Assembly (NCBI GenBank): GCA_964395195.1
Contig: CAYNCY010000001.1
Coordinates: 1 to 35,450, forward strand
Direction of reading: 5' to 3'
From: an uncultured Steroidobacteraceae bacterium
GTDB taxonomy: Bacteria > Pseudomonadota > Gammaproteobacteria > Steroidobacterales > Steroidobacteraceae
DNA length: 35,450 nt
This document shows positions 16,448-23,873 of this stretch, in pieces (the stretch's first letter is position 1; each line of letters starts with the position of its first letter). The notes beneath the pieces are model-generated. The model ran no database searches. It was not told where the DNA came from and saw only the letters and a program-made list of their open reading frames with translations. Made by a program: the position numbers and the translations under genes.

Positions 16448-16995
16448 GCCGCGTTCTCCCCGCCCGCCGTGCGGGCGCCGAGTACCACCGCGAGTCGCGC
16501 GCGTGCGCGGTGCAGGTGTGTCTTCACCGTATTGACCGGAAGTCCGAGCATCGCCGCCACCTCATCGACCGGGCGCTCGTCCTGATAATAGAGAGTCACG
16601 ACCTGGCGCTGCGCCTCGGGCAGTTCCGCGACCGCGCGCCAGAGCGTCGTGTCGTCCGCGCCGACGTCATCCTCCGTCGCGGTCGCGACTTCCGCCGCGG
16701 CGAGCACGTGCGGCTCCGACAGCGAGCTTGACGGGCGCCGCTTGCGCAGCGCGGAAATCGCCGCATTCCGGGTGATCGCATAGATCCAGGTCGAGAGCTG
16801 CGCGCGCCCGTCGAATCCGTCCAGCGACTTCCAGAGCTTCACGAAGACCTCCTGGGCCACGTCCTCGGCGGCCGCCCGGTCCCTTAGGATCGAGTAGGCG
16901 AGCCCGAAGACACGCCGCCGATAGCCCGTGACGAGGGCCTCGAAGGCCGCCTGCGAACGACCGGCCGCCAGCGCCTCGATGATGGCCTCGTCCAT
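16444..16995 (-). CDS. ECF (sigma-70 group 4) RNA polymerase sigma factor
   Basis: Track ORF 16444..17106 trimmed to M38 (MDEAIIEALAAG...). Region 2 is DVAQEVFVKLWK...STWIYAITRNAAIS. Region 4 is LPEAQRQVVTLYY.DERPVDEVAAMLGLPVNTVKTHLHRAR. Confidence 0.9.
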   Translation of the reverse strand: MDEAIIEALAAGRSQAAFEALVTGYRRRVFGLAYSILRDRAAAEDVAQEVFVKLWKSLDGFDGRAQLSTWIYAITRNAAISALRKRRPSSSLSEPHVLAAAEVATATEDDVGADDTTLWRAVAELPEAQRQVVTLYYQDERPVDEVAAMLGLPVNTVKTHLHRARARLAVVLGARTAGGENAA

Positions 16996-17024
16996 TAGCG
17001 CCCCGGCAACCCCTGTGCAAAGGA

Positions 17025-17056
17025 TGATACGCGCGCACCCGGCGCCCGGTTTCAGC
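17025..17056 (-). promoter_or_regulatory. ECF-type promoter motif upstream of the sigma operon (GCTGAAACCGG-N12-CGCGTATCA; core TGAAAC-N17-CGTA)
   Basis: Read on the minus strand. The motif ends about 30 nt upstream of the sigma ATG (16995). An identical bipartite motif lies on the opposite strand at 17074..17105. Confidence 0.55.
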
Positions 17057-17073
17057 GAGGTCCCCGTCAAGGG

Positions 17074-17105
17074 GCTGAAACCGGACGGCGGGAGGCCGCG
17101 TATCA
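17074..17105 (+). promoter_or_regulatory. ECF-type promoter motif facing the divergent small ORF / membrane-protein gene (GCTGAAACCGG-N12-CGCGTATCA)
   Basis: Same 11-nt and 9-nt elements with the same 12-nt spacer as the minus-strand copy. The two -35-like elements form a perfect 11-bp inverted repeat (17046-17056 / 17074-17084). Confidence 0.55.
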
Positions 17106-17111
17106 ATGGCC

Positions 17112-17258
17112 ATGAACGTGTTTCGATCTCAAGACCGCCGCGACGGTTCAGGCCTCGATGCCCTGGCGATAGGTGTACTGGGCTTCGTGCTCGGCCTGTG
17201 CGTCAATGGCGCGACGCCGTCTCTCGCCTGGTTGCTCGCGATCGTGCACGGACAGTAG
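17112..17258 (+). CDS. candidate 48-aa small membrane protein (unannotated, below the ORF-track length cut-off)
   Basis: Hand translation gives MNVFRSQDRRDGSGLDALAIGVLGFVLGLCVNGATPSLAWLLAIVHGQ*. One clear hydrophobic helix; GC3 about 74%. The ATG lies 7 nt after the plus-strand CGCGTATCA element. No Shine-Dalgarno at the usual distance. Confidence 0.3.
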   Translation: MNVFRSQDRRDGSGLDALAIGVLGFVLGLCVNGATPSLAWLLAIVHGQ

Positions 17259-17305
17259 TCAATATCAGGCAGCAAACGGTTCTCAGATTCGAGGAGTAGT
17301 TCGTC

Positions 17306-17707
17306 ATGGATCCAGCCGTACTTGGCGTCATGATTCCCATCGTCGCGATCATCTTCGGCGTCGGGATCGGCGTCGTCTGGGTGATCGCCGCCCACCGCCA
17401 GCGCATGCAGCGGGCCGACTTCCGCCATCGCGAACGTCTCGCGGCCATCGACAAGGGCCTGGAGCTGCCGCCGGATCCGATGGACGCGGACCCGAACGCG
17501 ACCGTGCGCCGGCCGCGGCACCTGCTGCGCGGCCTCGTGCTCTTGCTGGTCGGACTCGCGCTGACGGCCGCTCTCGGCCAGACCGGCGCAGAGGGCTATC
17601 TCTTCGGACTCATTCCCGCGGCGGCCGGTCTCGGCTACCTCATCTACTACCTGGTCGAGGGGCGGCACGAGGCCGCCCGCGCGCTCGGCGCGCCGCCGCC
17701 GCGCTGA
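17306..17707 (+). CDS. small integral membrane protein (three predicted TM helices; DUF6249-like)
   Basis: 133 aa with GAGGAG 9 nt upstream. MDPAVLGVMIPIVAIIFGVGIGVVWVIAAHRQRMQRADFRHRERLAAIDKGLELP resembles the DUF6249 family often found beside ECF sigma genes (from memory, not searched). Confidence 0.7.
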   Translation: MDPAVLGVMIPIVAIIFGVGIGVVWVIAAHRQRMQRADFRHRERLAAIDKGLELPPDPMDADPNATVRRPRHLLRGLVLLLVGLALTAALGQTGAEGYLFGLIPAAAGLGYLIYYLVEGRHEAARALGAPPPR

Positions 17708-17720
17708 TCACGGTCCTTCC

Positions 17721-18617
17721 TCAGCGACGTGCGTCGAGCACGTCCTTGAGGAGCTCGCAGACGGCGGCGATGGCGGGGCCGCGGGTACTGCTGCGCCGCC
17801 ACACGGCCGCCAGCGTCCGCGACGGCGCCGGCCGCGCGAAGGGGCGGATCGCGACGTTCTTGGCCTGAGCGAACGGCCCCTGTGTCGCGAGCTCGGGCAA
17901 GAGCGTCACGCCGAGCCCGGCGACGACCATCTGGCGCAGCGTCTCGAGGCTCGTCGCGCGAAAGTCCTCTTCCTCGCGCACGTCGATGCGACTGCACACG
18001 TCGAGCGCCTGGTCCCGAAGGCAATGACCGTCCTCGAGCAAGAGGAGCGTCTCGCCGGCGAGATCGGCGGGCCGCACGCTCGCCTTCTTCGCGAGGCGAT
18101 GCGTCGCGGGTACCGCGAGCGTAAAGGCCTCCTCGTGCAGCGGCATCACGTCGAGCCCGCTGACGTCGACGCCGAGTGCGAGTACGCCGAGATCGAGGTC
18201 GCCGGCGCGCAGCTTCTCGAGCAACGGCTCCGTCTGGTACTCGTACAGCATCAGTTGCAGCCGCGGCAGCTGCTTGCGCAGGCGCGGCGTCACGAGCGGC
18301 AGGAGGTAGGGTCCGAGCGTCGGGATGAACGCAACGCGAAGCGCCCCCGCGAGCGGGTCGCGGGACTCGCGCGCGAGCTCGGTGATGTCATCGGCGTCCT
18401 GCAGGATGCGCCGCGCTCGGGCGACGATGCGTACGCCAATGTCGGTCAGCGCGACATTGCGGGGCTGGCGCTCGACGAGCTGCACGCCGAGCTGGTCCTC
18501 GAGCTTCTTGATCTGGGCCGAGAGCGTCGGCTGGCTGATGTGCGCCTTCGCGGCGGCGCGCCCGAAATGCCGGGTGTCGGCGAGCGCGACCAGGTAACCC
18601 AGGTCCCTGAGGTTCAT
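17721..18617 (-). CDS. oxyR: LysR-family hydrogen-peroxide sensor OxyR
   Basis: 298 aa. wHTH FGRAAAKAHISQPTLSAQIKKLE, and redox cysteines in the conserved context LLLLEDGHCLRDQALDVC. Divergent from ahpC. Confidence 0.9.
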   Translation of the reverse strand: MNLRDLGYLVALADTRHFGRAAAKAHISQPTLSAQIKKLEDQLGVQLVERQPRNVALTDIGVRIVARARRILQDADDITELARESRDPLAGALRVAFIPTLGPYLLPLVTPRLRKQLPRLQLMLYEYQTEPLLEKLRAGDLDLGVLALGVDVSGLDVMPLHEEAFTLAVPATHRLAKKASVRPADLAGETLLLLEDGHCLRDQALDVCSRIDVREEEDFRATSLETLRQMVVAGLGVTLLPELATQGPFAQAKNVAIRPFARPAPSRTLAAVWRRSSTRGPAIAAVCELLKDVLDARR

Positions 18618-18635
18618 GCCGAAGTTCCGCTATTC

Positions 18636-18681
18636 ATAGTCAGATCCTATCACAACGATAGGAACAATCGACTTGATCTAT
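18636..18681. promoter_or_regulatory. putative OxyR operator in the oxyR-ahpC divergent promoter region
   Basis: ATAG(18636)-N7-CTAT(18647)-N7-ATAG(18658)-N16-CTAT(18678). ATAG/CTAT tetramers at helical spacing are the OxyR recognition elements. This is the only AT-rich patch in the intergenic region. Confidence 0.55.
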
Positions 18682-18757
18682 GTAGGGCCTGCCCCGAGAC
18701 TGTGCCTGGCCGCCCGCTTTCCCGCCGGGCGGAGCTACATCCCCTGAGGAGAGATTC

Positions 18758-19297
18758 ATGCTCGGTATTGGACAGAAGTTTCCCGCATTCTCGTTGACCG
18801 GCGCAGTCAGCAACGAGCTCGACAAGGCCTTCAAGCCCTTCGACAGCAAGTCGATCCACGGCAAGTGGGCGGTCATCTTCTTCTGGCCGATGGACTTCAC
18901 CTTCGTCTGCCCGACCGAGATCGCCGCCTTCGGCAAGCTCAACAAGGAATTCAACGCACGCGATGCGCTCGTGTTCGGTGCCTCGACCGACTCCGAGTTC
19001 GTGCACCTGGCGTGGCGCAAGGACAAGGAAGAGCTGCGAAACCTGCCGTTCCCGATGCTCGCGGACGTCAAGCGCGAGCTCACCACCGCGCTCGGCATCC
19101 TCGATCCCGAAGCCGGTGTCGCACAGCGCGCCACCTACATCGTCGATCCCCACGGCGTGATCCGCTTTGTCTACGTGACCGACCTCAACGTCGGCCGCAG
19201 CCCCGACGAGGTGCTGCGCGTGCTGGACGCACTGCAGACCGACGAGCTCTGCCCGTGCAACTGGCACAAGGGCGAGGACACGCTCAAGGTCGCCTGA
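18758..19297 (+). CDS. ahpC: peroxiredoxin AhpC (AhpD-dependent type)
   Basis: 179 aa with RBS GAGGAGAG. Peroxidatic Cys in FFWPMDFTFVCPTEI; C-terminal CPCNWHKGE. Confidence 0.95.
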   Translation: MLGIGQKFPAFSLTGAVSNELDKAFKPFDSKSIHGKWAVIFFWPMDFTFVCPTEIAAFGKLNKEFNARDALVFGASTDSEFVHLAWRKDKEELRNLPFPMLADVKRELTTALGILDPEAGVAQRATYIVDPHGVIRFVYVTDLNVGRSPDEVLRVLDALQTDELCPCNWHKGEDTLKVA

Positions 19298-19323
19298 CAC
19301 GGCGCCACGCACACTGTCGTGCG

Positions 19324-19377
19324 CCACCGGCCCGGCCGACGCCATCCCCCGTAGTGCAGGCGTCGGCAGGCCGGTGG
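19324..19377 (+). other. intercistronic GC-rich stem-loop between ahpC and ahpD (9 + 9 bp stem with a 2x1 internal loop, 15-nt apical loop, no U-tract)
   Basis: CCACCGGCC-CG-GCCGACGCC ...15 nt... GGCGTCGGC-A-GGCCGGTGG, read directly from the sequence. Confidence 0.6.
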
Positions 19378-19407
19378 TCGCCCGGCGGTACCGGCTGAGG
19401 AATCAAC

Positions 19408-19947
19408 ATGACCACACTCGATGAGATTCGCGATTCAATCCCGGACTACGCCAAGGACCTGAAGCTCAACCTCGGCTCAGTGCTCGCGCCATCGGGCGCG
19501 CCCGGACTCAACGAGCGGCAGATCTGGCTGGTCGCGCTCGCGACCGCCATTGCGGCGCGAAACGCCGCCTTCGCCCACCGCATCGAGGCGCTGGCGCGTG
19601 CCGTGCTCGATGAAGCGGCCGTCACCGCCGCCAAGGGCGCGGCCGCGATCATGGGCATGAACAACGTCTACTACCGCTTCACGCACCTCGTTGATGACAC
19701 CGAGTACCGGACGATGCCGGCGCGGCTGCGCATGAACATAATCGGCAACCCGGGCATCGACAAGGCCGACTTCGAGCTCGTTTCGCTAGCCGTCTCGGCC
19801 ATCAACGGCTGCGGCATGTGCATGAACGCGCACGATGCGGTCCTGAAGAAGCACGGCGTCGCGCGCGATGCCGTCCAGAGCGCCGTGCGCATCGGCGCGG
19901 TGATCGGCGCCGTCGCGGGCGTTCTCGCCTACGAGGCTGCCGCCTGA
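19408..19947 (+). CDS. ahpD: alkyl hydroperoxide reductase AhpD (carboxymuconolactone decarboxylase fold)
   Basis: 179 aa with RBS GAGGAA. MTTLDEIRDSIPDYAKDLKLNL, and the active-site CxxC in INGCGMCMNAHD. Confidence 0.9.
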   Translation: MTTLDEIRDSIPDYAKDLKLNLGSVLAPSGAPGLNERQIWLVALATAIAARNAAFAHRIEALARAVLDEAAVTAAKGAAAIMGMNNVYYRFTHLVDDTEYRTMPARLRMNIIGNPGIDKADFELVSLAVSAINGCGMCMNAHDAVLKKHGVARDAVQSAVRIGAVIGAVAGVLAYEAAA

Positions 19948-19977
19948 TGCCGACTGGCGGCGATATATACTCGGGCG

Positions 19978-20421
19978 ATGCGCAGCCGTGGACAGAAACG
20001 TGCCGCGGGCGTCGTCGTCGTCCGCGAGACCCATGACGGCCCCAAGGTGCTGCTCTTAAGGGCCTACCGCAACTGGGACCTGCCGAAAGGACGTCTCGAG
20101 GACGGCGAGACGCCGCTCGAGGGCGCCATGCGCGAGGCGCGCGAGGAGACCGGACTCGCCGACCTCGATTTCGCCTGGGGTGAGGACTCGGTCGACACCG
20201 AGCCCTATGCCGGCGGCAAGATCGTTCGTTTCTACGTCGCCCGAACGCCCGGCGCCGCGGTGACGCTGCCGATCAACCCGGAGATCGGCCGCGCCGAGCA
20301 CCACGAGTTCCGTTGGCTCGCCTTTCCGGCGGCGCTCTCACTGACCGTGCCGAGGCTGCAGCGCGTCCTTCGCTGGGCCGCCGATCGCATCGGGCTCGCG
20401 CTCCCGCCCGCGGCGAGCTGA
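19978..20421 (+). CDS. NUDIX hydrolase (Ap4A-hydrolase-like)
   Basis: 147 aa. Nudix box GRLEDGETPLEGAMREAREETGL preceded by WDLPKG, as in the bis(5'-nucleosyl)-tetraphosphatase subgroup. Confidence 0.75.
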   Translation: MRSRGQKRAAGVVVVRETHDGPKVLLLRAYRNWDLPKGRLEDGETPLEGAMREAREETGLADLDFAWGEDSVDTEPYAGGKIVRFYVARTPGAAVTLPINPEIGRAEHHEFRWLAFPAALSLTVPRLQRVLRWAADRIGLALPPAAS

Positions 20422-20433
20422 TCACGGGCGCCG

Positions 20434-22290
20434 TCAGGCACGTGCCGCGGCACCGACTTGCTCCCGCGCGGGCGCGTAGCCCGCGAGTGCATCGTGGAGT
20501 TCGCCCAGCGTCACCGGTTTTGCGATGAAGCCGTTCATGCCGACTGCTGCGCAGCGCTCGCGCTCGGTCGCGAGCGCCCCCGCGGTCAGCGCGATCACCG
20601 GAACCTGCCGCGTGCCGCTGCCCCGCTCCCAGTCGCGGATGGCGCGCGTCGCATCGAACCCGTCCATGCGTGGCATGCGACAGTCCATGAGCACGACGTC
20701 GAACGCGCCGCCCGCCTCGACGTAGAGCTCGATCGCCTCGCGGCCGTTGCGGGCGAGCTGCATGCGACAGCCGAGCTCCGCCAGGAACTCGCGGATCACG
20801 TCCTGGTTGACCGGGTAGTCCTCGGCGACCAGCACGTTGAGTTCGAGCGCGCCAAGCGACACAAGGCCGTTCTGCGTCGACTCGATGTCCGTCGCGCGCG
20901 CAAGGTCGAGCGAGAACGAGAAGTTCGCGCCCTGGCCGACGTCGCTCTTGACCGCGAGTTCGCCGCCCATCAGGCGCACCAGTTTGTCGCAGATCGCAAG
21001 GCCAAGCCCCGAGCCGCCGTAACGCGTCGCCGTGCTCGCCTCCGCCTGCACGAACGGCTCGAAGATCTGGCGCTGCAGCTTCGGCGCGATGCCGATGCCG
21101 GTGTCGGCGACACTGAAGGTGGCGCGCAGCCCGTCGCACGTGCCCGGTTGCACGGTGACGGTGAGCGCGATGCGTCCCTCGGCCGTGAACTTGACCGCGT
21201 TGCCGAGCAGGTTCACGAGCACCTGGCGCAGCCGCGCGCCATCGGCGAGCAGGCGCGGGGCATGCGCGGGCAGCACCTGCACGTCGAGCGCGAGGCCCTT
21301 GGCGCGCGCGGTCTCCGCGACGACGCCCTGCGCATCGCGCAGCACGCGCTCGAGGTCGGTCGGTGCGTTGACGAGCTCGAAGCGCCCGGCATCCATCTTC
21401 GAGTAATCAAGCACGTCGTTGAGCAGCTCGAGCAGGTGGCGACCGGATCTGAGGATCGTGTCGGCAAGGCGACGCTGGCGCTCATCGAGCGAGGTGCGCA
21501 GCAGGAGCTCCGTCATGCCGAGCACGCCGTTCATGGGGGTCCGGATCTCGTGGCTGGTGTTGGCGATGAACTGGCCGCGCGCATCGGCGGCGGAGAGCGC
21601 AATGTCGCGGGCGCGCTGCAGCTGTAGCTCGATCGACTTCTGGGCCGAGACGTCGGTCTGCACAGCGACGTAGTGCGTGACGGTGCCGCTCGGATCCAGC
21701 ACCGGCTGGATGTCGAGCCGCACCCAATAGAGTCGCCCGGTCTTCGAGTAGTTGACTATCTCCTCATCGACCGCGCGGTGGTGGGCGATCTCGCGGCGGA
21801 TGCGCGCGACCGTGGCGAGGTCTGTCGCCGGTCCCTGCAGCACCTCGCCCGGCGAGCGGCCGAGCACCTCCGCCGGCTGCCACTCGGTCAGGACCGTGAA
21901 GCCCTTGTTGACCCACTCGATGCGACCCCGGCGGTCGGTGATGATCACCGCGTTGCTGGTGCGTTCGGCGACCCACGAGAGCTTGCTGAGCTCGAGCGCC
22001 TGCGCAGCATCGCGCGCGTTCGCGGCGTTGAGTTCATCGAGCAGGTGCTCGCGCTGCAGGAGCGCGCCACGCAGGCGCCGCCAGAGGAAGAGTGCGTAGA
22101 CGTTGACAGCGCCGGCGGCGCTGGCGACAACGACCGTCAGTGGCCGCGCGCCGTAGCGGTCGAGGAGCGCGACCGCGACTGCGGCCAGGATGCCGGCCAG
22201 CGCCGAGATCGCCCCGATCCAGTCGAGTGCGGGGCGCTTCGGCGTACGCGGCGGCGGGAGCGCCCCGGGTTCCTTGAGTGCGGGTTCCAT
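20434..22290 (-). CDS. PAS-domain hybrid sensor histidine kinase / response regulator
   Basis: 618 aa. Two N-terminal TM helices, PAS (SNAVIITDRRGRIEWVNKGF...YWVRLDIQPV), H-box SHEIRTPMNGV, N-box LLGNAVKFT, G-boxes DTGIGI and GSGLGL, and a C-terminal REC (VLMDCRMPRMDG...IAKP). Confidence 0.9.
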   Translation of the reverse strand: MEPALKEPGALPPPRTPKRPALDWIGAISALAGILAAVAVALLDRYGARPLTVVVASAAGAVNVYALFLWRRLRGALLQREHLLDELNAANARDAAQALELSKLSWVAERTSNAVIITDRRGRIEWVNKGFTVLTEWQPAEVLGRSPGEVLQGPATDLATVARIRREIAHHRAVDEEIVNYSKTGRLYWVRLDIQPVLDPSGTVTHYVAVQTDVSAQKSIELQLQRARDIALSAADARGQFIANTSHEIRTPMNGVLGMTELLLRTSLDERQRRLADTILRSGRHLLELLNDVLDYSKMDAGRFELVNAPTDLERVLRDAQGVVAETARAKGLALDVQVLPAHAPRLLADGARLRQVLVNLLGNAVKFTAEGRIALTVTVQPGTCDGLRATFSVADTGIGIAPKLQRQIFEPFVQAEASTATRYGGSGLGLAICDKLVRLMGGELAVKSDVGQGANFSFSLDLARATDIESTQNGLVSLGALELNVLVAEDYPVNQDVIREFLAELGCRMQLARNGREAIELYVEAGGAFDVVLMDCRMPRMDGFDATRAIRDWERGSGTRQVPVIALTAGALATERERCAAVGMNGFIAKPVTLGELHDALAGYAPAREQVGAAARA

Positions 22291-22422
22291 GATCGGGGTC
22301 GCGTCGACACGGCCGGGTCTCCTCCTTGGCGGCTGCGCGTGCCGAATCTTTAGCCCCCCGGCCCCGCAGTCAGGGATTCCCCGGTTAACATACCGCCCCG
22401 CCCGAACCGAGCCTCCTTGCGC

Positions 22423-23328
22423 ATGCCCCGCCCCGCCGATCGCCGTGGCCGGATCACCGGCTTCGTCGCTGCACTCGTCGCGGTCGCGATCTGGGCTGGC
22501 TGGATCCCGATGACGCGCCTCGCGGTCACGGTGCGCCTGCTGCCAGCGGACGTCGCCGCGCTCCGATTCGCCATCTCGGGGTTACTGCTGCTCCCCGCGC
22601 TCGCACTCAACTGGCGCGAGATCCCGTGGCGGCGGCCGCTGGTGCTCGCGGCGCTCGTGATCGGGGCGGGCGTCCCGTACCTGCTCCTCTTCGGAACAGG
22701 ACTCCTGATCGCGAACTCAGGGCAAGCCGCGGTGTTCGGGCCCGGCCTCGTGAGTTCGCTCGTCGCGCTCTTCGCGATGCTTTTCCTCGGCGAGAGGCTC
22801 GGGCGCATGCGGCTCCTCGGCCTCGGAATCACGCTCCTCGGGGTCGCCGTCGTCGTTGGCCACGATCTGCTGAACGGTCACGCGCGCCTCGCCGGCTACG
22901 CGATGATCATCGCCGCGTCGGTGCATTGGGCGGCCTTCACGATCGCGAGCCGCGTGCTCGGCCTGCGTCCACTCGTCAACGCCGCAATCGTCGCGGTCGC
23001 GAACGGGATCCTCTACGTGCCGATCTACCTCGCGTCCGGCGGCGGCGAGCGCCTCGCGGCGCTGCCGGCGACTGATCTCCTCGTGCAGGGGGTCTACCAG
23101 GGTGTCGTGACGGCGATCGTCGCGCTCATCGCCTTCGCCATCGCGGTCGAGCGACTGGGTGCCGCGACCGCGGCGAGCATGACGCCACTCGCGCCCGTGC
23201 TCGTCGCGATCTTCGGATGGTTCCTGCTCGGCGATCGGGTGGACGTCGCGACCGCCGTCGGTCTCGCAGCCGTTGGCGCCGGCGTCCTGATCGCGAACCG
23301 GCAGGTCGCGCGCGCGACCGCTACTTAG
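22423..23328 (+). CDS. DMT-superfamily (EamA-like) transporter
   Basis: Track ORF starts at TTG 22417; the first ATG is at 22423. About 10 TM helices in two EamA-like repeats. Confidence 0.8.
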   Translation: MPRPADRRGRITGFVAALVAVAIWAGWIPMTRLAVTVRLLPADVAALRFAISGLLLLPALALNWREIPWRRPLVLAALVIGAGVPYLLLFGTGLLIANSGQAAVFGPGLVSSLVALFAMLFLGERLGRMRLLGLGITLLGVAVVVGHDLLNGHARLAGYAMIIAASVHWAAFTIASRVLGLRPLVNAAIVAVANGILYVPIYLASGGGERLAALPATDLLVQGVYQGVVTAIVALIAFAIAVERLGAATAASMTPLAPVLVAIFGWFLLGDRVDVATAVGLAAVGAGVLIANRQVARATAT

Positions 23329-23839
23329 TACCGATCACACCACAGGCAATGCGCGGGCCCGAGTTGCCACTCGGCTGCGTCGTGAAGTCATCGACGCCGC
23401 CGTGCAGCACGACGCTGCGTCCAACAATCGAGTTCGGTCCGCTGTCGAGCGTGAGCCCGGCGAGTTCGAAGGTCGCGCGCACGCGCCCGGAGGCATCGGC
23501 AACGACGCTCGGCATGTCGCCGAGGTGGTGCGGCGTCGCGGACGCACGACCGTGCGCGACGCCGGTCGGATTGAAGTGTCCGCCCGCGCTCGCGCCATCG
23601 GGGGCAGAGCAGTCGCCCTTCTCGTGCACGTGAAAGCCGTGCTCGGAGCCGGGCGCGAGGCCGGCGAGCTCGACGTGCGCGCGCACTCCGTGGCTCGTCT
23701 GGCGGAACTCGGCTTTGCCACCGACGGTGCTCCCGGAGCGGGGCTCGAGCGTAGCCACCGCGCGGGGACCCGAGGTCTGCATGCCCGCGCATCCGGAGGT
23801 GGCAATCGCGAACAGGGCGAACACGGTCGTAGTACGCAC
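23321..23839 (-). CDS. sodC: Cu,Zn superoxide dismutase, lipoprotein form
   Basis: Track ORF 23321..23956 trimmed to an internal GTG (V40) with GGAGAT upstream. Lipobox FAIATSGC; GFHVHEKGDC, GGHFNP, HLGDMP and VVLHGGVDD are SodC metal-ligand motifs. Confidence 0.9.
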   Translation of the reverse strand: MRTTTVFALFAIATSGCAGMQTSGPRAVATLEPRSGSTVGGKAEFRQTSHGVRAHVELAGLAPGSEHGFHVHEKGDCSAPDGASAGGHFNPTGVAHGRASATPHHLGDMPSVVADASGRVRATFELAGLTLDSGPNSIVGRSVVLHGGVDDFTTQPSGNSGPRIACGVIGTK

Positions 23840-23873
23840 GGCGGGATCTCCGGTCGGGAAGCGGGAGTCGAGA

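Noticed and set aside
23321-23328. 8-nt overlap of the convergent 3' ends of the DMT transporter and sodC
   Set aside because: Short convergent overlaps are common in compact genomes. There is no evidence of regulatory significance from sequence alone.
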